Part shown: positions 45,647 through 54,972 of the stretch, piece after piece | Numbering within the stretch: the stretch's first letter is position 1 | How the letters are laid out: each line of letters starts with the position of its first letter | Assembly: GCA_965207225.1 (NCBI GenBank) | Contig: CBDBLV010000004.1 | Location: 192,001 to 256,000 of the forward strand | Length of the DNA: 64,000 bases | Direction of reading: 5' to 3' | From: Dehalococcoidia bacterium | GTDB taxonomy: Bacteria > Chloroflexota > Dehalococcoidia > Plut-88900 | Notes under the pieces: model-generated | The model's input: only the letters and a program-made list of their open reading frames with translations | What the model was told of the DNA's origin: nothing | The model's database searches: none | Made by a program: the position numbers and the translations under genes

Positions 45647-45698
45647 GAATTTCTGTTCGAACGCAGGATATGATAGTACCGTCGGACAGGTGTGTCAA
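45647..45698 (-). promoter_or_regulatory. Near-consensus sigma70 promoter with downstream SOS-box-like site
   Basis: Minus strand TTGACA (45698-45693), 17 bp, TATCAT (45675-45670), then CGAAC-AGAA-ATTC (45659-45647), one mismatch from GAAC-N4-GTTC. Confidence 0.6.
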
Positions 45699-45742
45699 GA
45701 GCAAATGTGCGGCTTTTGGGAGAATGTCCCCCGGCCCCCCAA

Positions 45743-45893
45743 GGGAACCCTCTCCCCCTTTATCCCCCTCTCCCCCGTATCGGGGTACGGGGGAGGCTCT
45801 TAGGGCCAAAAAGGGAGAGGGGAAGAGAAGAACAGAGGCAGACGTGGGTGCGCTGCACCCACGTCTGCCTCTAGTTCAGTACTGGGGGGAAGA
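45743..45893 (+). repeat. Two-hairpin interspersed repeat, copy 2, with a nested palindromic insert
   Basis: Same conserved blocks as 44922-45046, plus an extra CCCCGTA-TCGGGG-TACGGGG-GAGGCTC inside the first hairpin. Confidence 0.85.
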
Positions 45894-45952
45894 AAGGACC
45901 CCACCAACCCCTCGGAAGCAATATGAGTCCCACCCACCCGCCCTGTTTTATT

Positions 45953-45993
45953 GAAATATCAGGAATTTGGCTGAGACAAATTCCTGATATTTC
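45953..45993. repeat. Perfect 17-bp AT-rich inverted repeat
   Basis: GAAATATCAGGAATTTG-GCTGAGA-CAAATTCCTGATATTTC. Confidence 0.9.
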
Positions 45994-46180
45994 GTTGCCA
46001 AGGGGGGAAGGGGAGTCGGAGAGTGCGGTGATTCGTTAAGTCCTGGATTCCTCGCGGGGCATCGGAATGACGGGTGAGAAGGGGGTGGGGTGGGGGTGGG
46101 GGTGGTCCGCCCGTATGAGAGGGGGAGAGGGAGAGTTATGTTGACCACCCCCGAGCGCTGTGCTACAAAGGGGGCCGCCA

Positions 46181-47623
46181 ATGGACACTTCATCCCGTCC
46201 CCGCCCCGACATCGATGCGATCCTCAATCCCCGTTCCATTGCGGTAGTCGGGGCATCCACCCACCCCGCCAAGCAGGGACACGTCTACGTCAACTCACTA
46301 CGTGAGTTCGGGTTCAAGGGCCCGGTGTATCCCGTAAACCCCAGGGCTGAAGAGATTGCCGGTTACACAAGCTACCAGTCTCTAAAGGACGTGCCGGGAC
46401 CCGTGGACTACGTGATCTCCGCCGTTCCCGCTCACCTGCTTCCCGGCGTGATGGAAGACGCCCGGGACAAGCAAGTCAAGGGGTTCCATTTATTCACGGC
46501 CCGCATGGCGGAGATGGGAACCGAGACTGGGCTGGCGCTGGAATCCGGGATCATCAGGTCGGCCAGGGAGCTTGGGGCGCGGATTATCGGGCCCAACTGC
46601 ATGGGGTTGTACAACCCGGGGCACGGCATCTCCTTCCGGGCCAACTTCCCCAAGGAAGCCGGGGGTGTCGGGTTCCTGAGTCAGAGCGGGGGCAATACGG
46701 TGGAGTTCGTGTACCGGGCGTCGTTGCGGGGCGTCTTGTTCAGCAAGGCGGTGAGCTACGGCAACGCCGCCGACCTGAACGAGTGCGATTTCCTGGAATA
46801 CTTCACGCACGATCCCGAGACCTCGATCATCGCCTGCTATATCGAGGGCATCAGGGGCGGGCCCCGGTTCTTTGACGTCCTCTCTCAAGCCGCAGCAGTC
46901 AAGCCCCTAGTCCTTCTGAAGGGGGGTCGGGGGGAGGCGGGGACCCGGGCGGTTGCCTCTCATACCGCCTCGCTGGCGGGGTCGACGGAGATATGGAAGA
47001 CCGCCGTGACGCAGGCAGGGGGGATTTGGGCGGAGACGATGGAGGAGATGACCGACATAGCGGTGGCGCTGCGGTTCATGACCAAGCCCCGTGGGCCGAG
47101 GGTCGGGATTATATGCGGAGGAGGGGGCAACACCGTCCACAGCGCCGATCTCTGCGAGGCGGCGGGGCTGAGGGTCGAGCCTTTGCCCGACAACGTGCGG
47201 TCGGGGTTCAAGGAGCATCTACCGGACACATGGTTCCACACCAACAACCCGTTCGATCTGTCGGGCATAATGTCGGGAGACGAGAAGGGCACGACAATGC
47301 CCCTGGCGGTAAGTCTAATGGCGGAAAGCGGGGCCTATGATCTGCTGCTGGTTGACCCCGACGTCGACTTTCAGCTGGACCATCCGCTGGCAAAGGGTCG
47401 AATGTTTCGCATTGTCCGGGCGATCACGGGCCTGAAGGGCAAGGTCCCCATACCAATTGCCATGATCATCCGCCCCGCCGACGCCCTGGAAGAATGGCGA
47501 TGGCGCGCCGTCAACGAGCTGATAGAGGATGTCTGGGGGGCAGGGGTGCCGGTATTTTCATCGATGCCCCGGGCGGCAACCTGCATAGCGAAGGTGCTCA
47601 ACAGCGGTATTCCCGTCAATTAG
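46181..47623 (+). CDS. Acyl-CoA synthetase (NDP-forming) alpha-type / CoA-binding protein
   Basis: PRSIAVVGAS, YPVNP, RIIGPNCMG, SQSG, S.GN.ADL, ASHTASLAG phospho-His motif, NP.DL. Confidence 0.9.
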   Translation: MDTSSRPRPDIDAILNPRSIAVVGASTHPAKQGHVYVNSLREFGFKGPVYPVNPRAEEIAGYTSYQSLKDVPGPVDYVISAVPAHLLPGVMEDARDKQVKGFHLFTARMAEMGTETGLALESGIIRSARELGARIIGPNCMGLYNPGHGISFRANFPKEAGGVGFLSQSGGNTVEFVYRASLRGVLFSKAVSYGNAADLNECDFLEYFTHDPETSIIACYIEGIRGGPRFFDVLSQAAAVKPLVLLKGGRGEAGTRAVASHTASLAGSTEIWKTAVTQAGGIWAETMEEMTDIAVALRFMTKPRGPRVGIICGGGGNTVHSADLCEAAGLRVEPLPDNVRSGFKEHLPDTWFHTNNPFDLSGIMSGDEKGTTMPLAVSLMAESGAYDLLLVDPDVDFQLDHPLAKGRMFRIVRAITGLKGKVPIPIAMIIRPADALEEWRWRAVNELIEDVWGAGVPVFSSMPRAATCIAKVLNSGIPVN

Positions 47624-47641
47624 CGGGGCGCGGTTATGCGG

Positions 47642-49363
47642 CTAACGGCGACCGAACTCTCTTTCCAGCAAGCTGGAACTGAGGTGGACGAGGGTCGGGC
47701 GGCCGTGGGGACAGGTGTGGGGACTCTCGGCCTGCTCCAGCAGGCGCACAACCTCCTCCATCAGTTCCTGCTGCAGCACGTCTCCGGCGCGGATGGCGCT
47801 GTGGCAGGCTATGGATGCGGCCGACCTCTCGTCGCTCTCATAGGGAATTGAGGGGTCGATGAGGGAGTCCAGGATGTCCAGGAAGGCGCGGTCGGGCGCC
47901 CTGGCCGAAAGCATGGCCGGCACGGCCCTCAGCACGTAGGCGTTATCTCCGAAGGGCTGGTAGTCAAAGCCGTGCTCGCGGAGGGAGTCGCCGACCTGGG
48001 TGAGGCCCTCCTTTTGCACGGGGGTCAGGTCAACGGTGACGGGGGCGAGCATCCCCTGTACTTGCACCTGCTTTTCGGATTTCTCCTTGAGCACTCTTTC
48101 GAAGAGGACCCGTTCGTGGGCGGCGTGCTGGTCGACGAGGTACATTCCGTCCGGGCCCTCTGCCACGATGTATGTGTTGCTGACCTGGCCGACCACCCTG
48201 AGCAGCGGCAAGGTGGTCTTTGTAAACATGGAAGGAGTCGCAGGCGTTTCAGCCTCCGGGGTACGGGGTCCCGAGGCCCAGCCCAGCAGGTCCGAACCCA
48301 GGGGCCTCCCTCGCGATGAAGTGTCTGCAGCGGGGCTCCAGGCGCCGGTGGTCAAAGCGGGGGAATGGACGGGGCTCGACTCAACCAGGGCCTGCCTTAC
48401 GGAGCGCTGCAGCAGAGCGAACATTTCGCGATCTCTCTTGAACCGGACCTCGGTCTTGGAGGGGCTGACGTTGACGTCCACTTCCTCGGGGGGCGTTTCA
48501 ATGAGGAGGACGGCCACGGGCCTGCGCCCGACCTCCAGCATGTTCTGATAGGCCTCTTCCACCGCGTAGGCCAGGCGCCGGTCCTGGATCCATCTACCGT
48601 TCAACACTAGGGTGACGTACCCCGACTGTGCGCGGCTGAGGGTCGGCGGGCCCACTAGGCCGTGGACCTTCGCCAAGCCATCTTCCGCAGCAGAGATTTT
48701 CAGCATGGAGGAGGCGGCTTCCGAGCCATAAACGCTGGCAACGGCCTCCCTCAAGTCGCCGGAGCCGTTGGTAGTCAGTGTTTTTCGCCCATCGATGGTC
48801 AGGTTGAACCTGACCGAGGGTCGGGCCATGGCGTAGCGGGTCACGAGGTTGCCGATGCGCCCGTTCTCGGTGGCGGTGGACTTCACGAATTTGAGTCGGG
48901 CGGGGACGTTCTGGAAGAGGTTGGCGACCTGTACAGTCGTGCCCCGGGGCCTGCCCACGGCCTCTTTCTTGAGAAGGGCGCCGCCCCGATAGTGGGCTCG
49001 GGCGCCGGTCTGCTCACCCTCGGCTCTAGTGACGAGCTCCAGGTCGGAGACGGAGGCGATGCTGGGGAGCGCTTCTCCTCGAAAGCCGAGGGTGGATATC
49101 TTTTCCAGGTCGGCGCTGGAGGTGAGCTTGCTGGTGGCATGCCGCTCAAAGGCAGTTTCGACCTCGGCGGCAGGAATGCCGATACCGTCGTCCACGATGC
49201 GGATGAGCTTGAGGCCTCCGCCCGACACCTCGACCACTATCTGGGTCGCCCCCGCATCCAGGCTGTTCTCGACCAGTTCCTTGACGACGGATGCGGGTCT
49301 CTCGACCACCTCACCTGCGGCGATCTGTGCGGCGGTCTCGGGAGTGAGCACCCTGATAGGCAT
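47642..49363 (-). CDS. mutL: DNA mismatch repair protein MutL
   Basis: IAAGEVVERPASVVKELVENSLDAGA, GFRGEAL, DQHAAHER endonuclease motif, ACH, CPHGRP. Confidence 0.98.
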   Translation of the reverse strand: MPIRVLTPETAAQIAAGEVVERPASVVKELVENSLDAGATQIVVEVSGGGLKLIRIVDDGIGIPAAEVETAFERHATSKLTSSADLEKISTLGFRGEALPSIASVSDLELVTRAEGEQTGARAHYRGGALLKKEAVGRPRGTTVQVANLFQNVPARLKFVKSTATENGRIGNLVTRYAMARPSVRFNLTIDGRKTLTTNGSGDLREAVASVYGSEAASSMLKISAAEDGLAKVHGLVGPPTLSRAQSGYVTLVLNGRWIQDRRLAYAVEEAYQNMLEVGRRPVAVLLIETPPEEVDVNVSPSKTEVRFKRDREMFALLQRSVRQALVESSPVHSPALTTGAWSPAADTSSRGRPLGSDLLGWASGPRTPEAETPATPSMFTKTTLPLLRVVGQVSNTYIVAEGPDGMYLVDQHAAHERVLFERVLKEKSEKQVQVQGMLAPVTVDLTPVQKEGLTQVGDSLREHGFDYQPFGDNAYVLRAVPAMLSARAPDRAFLDILDSLIDPSIPYESDERSAASIACHSAIRAGDVLQQELMEEVVRLLEQAESPHTCPHGRPTLVHLSSSLLEREFGRR

Positions 49364-49371
49364 TGCAGGTC

Positions 49372-51966
49372 TTACTCCGAGGAACGGCCCTTCCTGGCCT
49401 CTTCCTGGAGCTCGTAGAGCTTGAGGATGGCGTCCCGGGGCGTCATCGCGCCGACATCCAGCTCCGCCAGCTCGTTCAATACGGGCGAGGTATCGGCGGG
49501 GAGGGTGAAGAAAGACATCTGCCAGGGCCCCGACTCGCTGTTCGCAGGCGCAATGCCGTCCCTGGGGCCCGCGCCGTTTTCTAGGTGTTGGAGGACCTGC
49601 GCTGCCCGGTCTATGACGGGTCTCGGGATTCCGGCCAGCTGGGCGACGTGGATACCGTAGCTCTTGTCGGCGCCACCGGGCTCGACCTTGTGCAGGAAGA
49701 CGGCCTTGCCGTCCTCTTCGGCGACGGTCACGTTGCAGTTGACGATCCTGGGGAGGGTCTCGGCCAGCTTGACGAGCTCATGGTAGTGGGTGGCAAAGAT
49801 TGTCCTGGCGGCGACACGGGGGTCGTTGTGGAGGTGTTCGATGACGGCCTGGGCGATGGAGAGGCCATCGTAGGTGCTCGTGCCCCGGCCGATCTCATCC
49901 AGGATGACCAGGGACCTGGGGGTCGCCATGTGAAGAATCCGGGCAGTCTCCAGCATCTCAATCATAAAGGTGGAGCGGCCGGTTGAGAGGTCGTCCTGGA
50001 GCCCGACCCTGGTGAATATCCGGTCTACAAGACCGATGCGGGCCTTATCCGCAGGGACGAAGCTGCCGATCTGGGCCATCAGGACGATGAGGGCGACTTG
50101 CCGCATATAGGTCGATTTGCCGGACATATTGGGGCCGGTGAGGACCATAATCTGGCGTTCTTGACCGGTGAGATGGGCGTCGTTGGGGACGAAGACGCCA
50201 TCACCAACCACTCTCTCCACAACCGGATGTCGTCCAGCCGTTATGTGTAGTGTGTCGTCTTCAGAAAGCTCCGGCCTGATATAGCCGTACAGGGAAGCGA
50301 CTTCTGCGAAGCAACTGTATATGTCAAGTAATGCAATGCAGTCTGCCAGCTTGTGGATGCTGTTAACGGACTCGGAGACCTGGGCGCAGAGGCGTCGGTA
50401 GATGGCCTGCTCCAACTCCTCCACCTTTTCCTGGGCGCCGAGGATGAGGGCCTCGAATTCCTTGAGTTCGGGGGTGACGAACCGCTCCCCGTTGACGAGG
50501 GTCTGCTTGCGGATGTAGGAGTCGGGGACCTGGGACAAGTGGGAACGGCTTACCTCGACGTAGTAGCCGAAAACCTTGTTGTAGCCGACCCGCAGGGACT
50601 TGATGCCGGTCTTGCGGCGCTCCTCCCGTTCAAGGTTGGCGATGAAGCCCCGGGCCTCGGAGGAGGCGCTGCGCATCCTGTCCAGTTCGGCGTCGAAGCC
50701 CTCGCGCACCACGCCGCCTCCGCCCACCGAGGTCGAGGGGTCGTCCATCAGGGTGCGGGAGATGAGGTCGACTGTATCGGAGCAGTCGGGCGTCCGGTTG
50801 AGCACCCAGGATAGGGCGTCGAGGCCCGCCTCTTGAATGCTAGCCTTGATTTCGGGTGCGAGTTCCAACCCTCGCTTCAATGCGACCAGTTCCTTGGGGT
50901 TGGCTATACCGCGCTGCACCCTTATCGACGTGCGTTCCAGGTCTCCAACCCTGGACAAGAGCTTGGTCACCCGGGACCTCGTGATGCCATCGGGGAGGAA
51001 GGCCTGGACTGAGTCGAGGCGGCGCTGCAACTCCGCCAGATCGAAGAGCGGTTGGCCGATCCACTCCTTGAGGAGTCGGGCGCCCATGGGGGTGCTGGTC
51101 TTGTCCAGCACCCAGAGGAGAGAGCCCTCAACCTCGTTTCGCCAGGCGCTGCTGAAGAGCTCCAGGTTTCGGCGGGTCTGGGCGTCGAGCACTACCTTCA
51201 TTTCCAGGGAGTAGGTTGAAGGGCCGGACAGGGCCCGGGCCCCGGCTTTCTGAGTCTCCCTGAGGTACTCAACAAGGGCACCCGCCGCCCTTATTGCCAG
51301 CGGCAGGTCTTCGCAGCCGAAGGACTCCAGGCTGGATACGCCGAAGTGTTCAAGGAGCACCCGCTCCGACTCGTCGATGTCCTCCGCGATGTAGCTGGCG
51401 CGGGTCACGGGGGTGTCGGGCCAGGTTGAGTCGGGGGTGAAGGCTTCGGGGAGGAGAAGTTCGGACGGGGCCAGGCGGTCGAGTTCGGCAGGGACCGCCG
51501 ATTCGGGGAGTTGCGTAACGCGGAACTCCCCGGTGCTGATGTCGGCGTAGGCTATTCCGGCCTCGGGGCCGTCCTGGACCACGGAGACAAGGTAGTTGTT
51601 CCTCTTGTGGTCGAGGATCTCGGGCTCTACGACCGTGCCAGGGGTTACGACCCGGACGACCTCCCGGTCCACCAGGCCTCGGGCGAGGCTGGCATCACCC
51701 ACCTGTTCGCAGATGGCAACCTTGTAGCCCCGGTTTACCAGCTTGGCGAGGTAGCCGTCCAGGGCGTGGTGAGGTACACCGGCCATGGGAAAGCGCTTGC
51801 CGCGTCCCATCTCACGGGAGGTCAGGGTGATGGAAAGCTCCCGGGCCACGAGTCGGGCGTCATCATCGAAAGTTTCGTAGAAATCGCCGAGGCGGAAGAA
51901 GACCAGGACGTCGGGGTACTGGCGTTTGATGCCGAGATACTGCTTGCGAATAGGGGTGGCGCTCAC
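49372..51966 (-). CDS. mutS: DNA mismatch repair protein MutS
   Basis: FFRLGDFYE, TGPNMSGKST, STFM.EM, DEIGRGTST, ATHYHEL, SYGIHVA. Confidence 0.98.
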   Translation of the reverse strand: MSATPIRKQYLGIKRQYPDVLVFFRLGDFYETFDDDARLVARELSITLTSREMGRGKRFPMAGVPHHALDGYLAKLVNRGYKVAICEQVGDASLARGLVDREVVRVVTPGTVVEPEILDHKRNNYLVSVVQDGPEAGIAYADISTGEFRVTQLPESAVPAELDRLAPSELLLPEAFTPDSTWPDTPVTRASYIAEDIDESERVLLEHFGVSSLESFGCEDLPLAIRAAGALVEYLRETQKAGARALSGPSTYSLEMKVVLDAQTRRNLELFSSAWRNEVEGSLLWVLDKTSTPMGARLLKEWIGQPLFDLAELQRRLDSVQAFLPDGITRSRVTKLLSRVGDLERTSIRVQRGIANPKELVALKRGLELAPEIKASIQEAGLDALSWVLNRTPDCSDTVDLISRTLMDDPSTSVGGGGVVREGFDAELDRMRSASSEARGFIANLEREERRKTGIKSLRVGYNKVFGYYVEVSRSHLSQVPDSYIRKQTLVNGERFVTPELKEFEALILGAQEKVEELEQAIYRRLCAQVSESVNSIHKLADCIALLDIYSCFAEVASLYGYIRPELSEDDTLHITAGRHPVVERVVGDGVFVPNDAHLTGQERQIMVLTGPNMSGKSTYMRQVALIVLMAQIGSFVPADKARIGLVDRIFTRVGLQDDLSTGRSTFMIEMLETARILHMATPRSLVILDEIGRGTSTYDGLSIAQAVIEHLHNDPRVAARTIFATHYHELVKLAETLPRIVNCNVTVAEEDGKAVFLHKVEPGGADKSYGIHVAQLAGIPRPVIDRAAQVLQHLENGAGPRDGIAPANSESGPWQMSFFTLPADTSPVLNELAELDVGAMTPRDAILKLYELQEEARKGRSSE

Positions 51967-52084
51967 GGGAATTACCTGCTGCTATTCTACCCCGAAAGGC
52001 CTTCGTCACAAGGGCAAAAGGGGGAGGGGGCGTCATCGAAATCAGGTCAAAGGGCCAGCAGAAAAACCACACAACCAGGAACGG

Positions 52085-52255
52085 TTACGGCTTGTCTTCC
52101 TTGAAGAATGCGGTGATGAATAGCAGGCATCCGAAGGAGAAAGTAAGGCTCGCACCGGCGCCGAAGTAGTCCTGAGCCAAGAAACTGTTGGCGGCGAAGA
52201 GGAAGCTGCCGACCAGAAAGACCATCCAGCCGGCCAGCTCTAACCGGCGTCGCAT
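52085..52255 (-). CDS. Small two-helix membrane protein (56 aa)
   Basis: Manual translation MRRRLELAGWMVFLVGSFLFAANSFLAQDYFGAGASLTFSFGCLLFITAFFKEDKP; starts 7 nt after the Fdh-like stop. Too short for the ORF track. Confidence 0.7.
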   Translation of the reverse strand: MRRRLELAGWMVFLVGSFLFAANSFLAQDYFGAGASLTFSFGCLLFITAFFKEDKP

Positions 52256-52262
52256 TTGGAGG

Positions 52263-54962
52263 CTAGCCGACGACCAGGGCCAGCCTGGCTATCCTGGCTC
52301 GGGTCCCGCCCCCGGGAATGGGTGCAGAGGGGGCCCGGTTAATGCTTTCGACCAGGGTGTCGGTGTGGGGGATGGAGAGCTGCATAATGCCTGCGGGAAC
52401 GTAATCGCAGACGGTTGCCACGGCGTCCAGAGCTCCCGAGCGGGTGAGGACCTGGAACTCATCGCCATCACTGATACCGGCTGCGCCGGCGTCGTCAATG
52501 TTGACCATGGCCCTGGCCCGACCATCCAACTCCACCACGCCCTTCATCTCCCGCAGGGTACCGCTCATCACGAATATCGGGTAGTCGGCGTCCGGGTCAA
52601 CGGAATAGGGACCGACTTCGAAGGCGCTCAGTTGGCCCTTTCCGCGGGCGATGCCGTCGGCGTGGAGGATGGGGGTGCCGGGATGGGAGGAGTCGGGGCA
52701 GGGCCACTGCAAACCAACGACTCCCAGCCGGTCGTAACTGATGCCTCCGTAGGACGGAACGAGGGAGGCGATTTCCTCCATCACACCGGCCGGGGTTTCG
52801 AAGTCGAAGCCCGAAGCGTTCATTCTTGAGGCCAAAGCGCTGACTATTTCAGAGACCGTACGGGAGTCACCGATCCGGTCGACTACCTTGTTCACCCTCT
52901 GGACACGACGCTCGGCGTTGGTGAATGTGCCGTCTTTCTCGGCGGTGCTGGGGGCGGGGAGGACGACGTCGGCGGCACGGGCGATGTCGGAGAAGAAGAG
53001 GTCGTGGACGACGAGGAAGTCGAGGTAGGATAGTGACTGGGGGTCAATGTCGGGGGTCTCGCGCTGGGTTTCCAGGGAGATGAGCATGGCCTTGAGTCCG
53101 TCGCCACTACCTCCACCTAGCATTTCATCAATGCTCAAGCCCACTTCCGATGGGAGATCTGCGCCCCATGCCCTAGCAAAGGTCTCGGCGCCGTCTGCGA
53201 GGGCCACATGGCCCGGGAGGAGGGAGGGGGAGCAGCCCACATCGGTCGTGCCCTGGCTGTTGGCATCCGACCTGAGGGGGTTCACGCCTGCCGACCCCTT
53301 GCCCAGATTGCCCGTGAGCAGGGCCAGATTCGCTGCTGACCGGGCGATGGCCGCACCCGGCTCGATGGAGCGGGAGGTGCTGAACAGGATGGATGCGGAG
53401 TCGGCGTTGGCGTAGGCCCTGGCAGCCGCTGCGAGTAAATCTTTATCGACGCCCGTGTTTTCGGCGAACTGCTGCACGGTGGTCCCATCAAGGGAGTCTT
53501 TCAGTGCACCGATGCCATCGGTCTGCCCGTCGATGAATTCTTGGTCCTGGATGCCTTCATCGAGGATGGCTTTCGCCAGGCCGGCCATGACGTTGATGCC
53601 GGCACCGGGCCAGTGGCGGAGCCAGTGGGTTGCCATGAGGGAAAGCTCGGTCTCCGCGGGGTCGACGACGATGAGGTTTGCGCCTCGGTTGACGGCTTCC
53701 TTGACCTGGATAGCGGCGACGGGGTGGTCCCAGGTGAGGTCGCTGCCGTAGACCAGGATGCACCCGGAATCCCTGAGTTCGCGGAAGCCGTTGGTCATGG
53801 CCCCGACACCCAAAGTCTCACCAAGTGCGGAGACGGCGTCGGCGCTGCAGGTGGAGTCGGGGTGGTCGATGTTGTTGGAGCCCATCACCGACCGGGTGAA
53901 CTTCTGGAGCAGGTAGTTCTCTTCGTTGGTGGCCCGGGGCGAAGCGACGGCGCCGAAGGTCGGGCCCTTGCTCTCGGAGAGCCTGGCGGCTATCAGGTCC
54001 AGAGCCTCGTCCCAGGTGGCTTCAACCAACTCGCCATTCTTCTTCACGTAGGGGGAGGCGATGCGGTCGTTGCTGTGGATGTACTTGTAGCCGAACTTGC
54101 CCCTGGCACAAGAGTTGCCCTGGTTAACGGGGCCGCTGAGGTCGGCGATGGAGCGGATGACCCGGTCCTTTTTGACCAGAAGTTCCAGCTGGCATCCAAC
54201 GCTGCAGTGAGAGCAGATGGTCGTGACCGACTTCTCGGGGGCGCCCGTCCATTTATTGTCTTTCTCGGTAATTGCTCCTACGGGGCAGACGTCCACGCAG
54301 GCACCACAGAAAGTGCAGCCGGAGTCGGACAGGGAGCCGCCGAGGGAAGTGCCTATAAGCGTCCTGTCTCCCCTTTCGATGAAGGTGATGGCGTTGGCGG
54401 CCTCTATCTCGTTGCAGGCCCTTACGCAGCGTCCACAGACGATGCACAGGTTCATGTCGTGGTCGATGAGCGGGTTGGAGGAGTCCAGGGGGACGTTCCG
54501 GTATTCGTAGGAGAGGTCGGAGTCCTTCATCTGGAGGTGGTAGACCACGTCCTGCAGCTCGCAGCGTTCGTTCTGGGGACAGAGGACACAGCGGTCGACC
54601 ACGTTGGCGTGGCGCAGGCAGGTGTCCTGGGGACCGCAGTGGTCGATGCGCGGGCATGTCAAACAGCCGTGGGGGTGCTCCGACAGGACCATGTCCATGA
54701 TGTTGTGCCGGATGTCATTTATGGCCCTGCCCTTGGTCGTGACGACCATCCCGTCCATGACGGTGGTTGTGCAGGAAGCCGGGGTGCCGCGCATTCTTTC
54801 AACCTGGACGACGCACATGCGGCAGGCACCGAAGGCCTTGAGGGTCGGGTGCCAGCAGAGGTAGGGGATGTAGATGCCCGCCTCCCGAGCGGCCTCGATG
54901 ATCGTCTGGCCCTTCCTGGCCGTGATCTCCTGTCCGTCTACGGTTAGCTTGATTTCGTCCAC
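52263..54962 (-). CDS. Formate dehydrogenase alpha / NuoG-like Fe-S molybdopterin-fold subunit
   Basis: IP.LC, GACRMCVV (2Fe-2S), H...C..C, CIVCGRCVRAC, CTFCGACVDVCP, TICSHCSVGC, NEENY..QK, ADVVLP, EKDGTFTN.ERRVQ. Confidence 0.88.
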   Translation of the reverse strand: MDEIKLTVDGQEITARKGQTIIEAAREAGIYIPYLCWHPTLKAFGACRMCVVQVERMRGTPASCTTTVMDGMVVTTKGRAINDIRHNIMDMVLSEHPHGCLTCPRIDHCGPQDTCLRHANVVDRCVLCPQNERCELQDVVYHLQMKDSDLSYEYRNVPLDSSNPLIDHDMNLCIVCGRCVRACNEIEAANAITFIERGDRTLIGTSLGGSLSDSGCTFCGACVDVCPVGAITEKDNKWTGAPEKSVTTICSHCSVGCQLELLVKKDRVIRSIADLSGPVNQGNSCARGKFGYKYIHSNDRIASPYVKKNGELVEATWDEALDLIAARLSESKGPTFGAVASPRATNEENYLLQKFTRSVMGSNNIDHPDSTCSADAVSALGETLGVGAMTNGFRELRDSGCILVYGSDLTWDHPVAAIQVKEAVNRGANLIVVDPAETELSLMATHWLRHWPGAGINVMAGLAKAILDEGIQDQEFIDGQTDGIGALKDSLDGTTVQQFAENTGVDKDLLAAAARAYANADSASILFSTSRSIEPGAAIARSAANLALLTGNLGKGSAGVNPLRSDANSQGTTDVGCSPSLLPGHVALADGAETFARAWGADLPSEVGLSIDEMLGGGSGDGLKAMLISLETQRETPDIDPQSLSYLDFLVVHDLFFSDIARAADVVLPAPSTAEKDGTFTNAERRVQRVNKVVDRIGDSRTVSEIVSALASRMNASGFDFETPAGVMEEIASLVPSYGGISYDRLGVVGLQWPCPDSSHPGTPILHADGIARGKGQLSAFEVGPYSVDPDADYPIFVMSGTLREMKGVVELDGRARAMVNIDDAGAAGISDGDEFQVLTRSGALDAVATVCDYVPAGIMQLSIPHTDTLVESINRAPSAPIPGGGTRARIARLALVVG

Positions 54963-54972
54963 GTGATCACCT

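Noticed and set aside
44662-45893. CRISPR array
   Set aside because: Only two long repeat copies about 820 bp apart and 11-bp repeats without spacers; no cas genes.
47642-51966. mutS-mutL pair as a novelty
   Set aside because: Canonical MutH-independent mismatch repair genes with all expected motifs.
53840-53880. Selenocysteine in the Fdh-like subunit
   Set aside because: The codon is TGC (Cys) and the ORF has no in-frame TGA.
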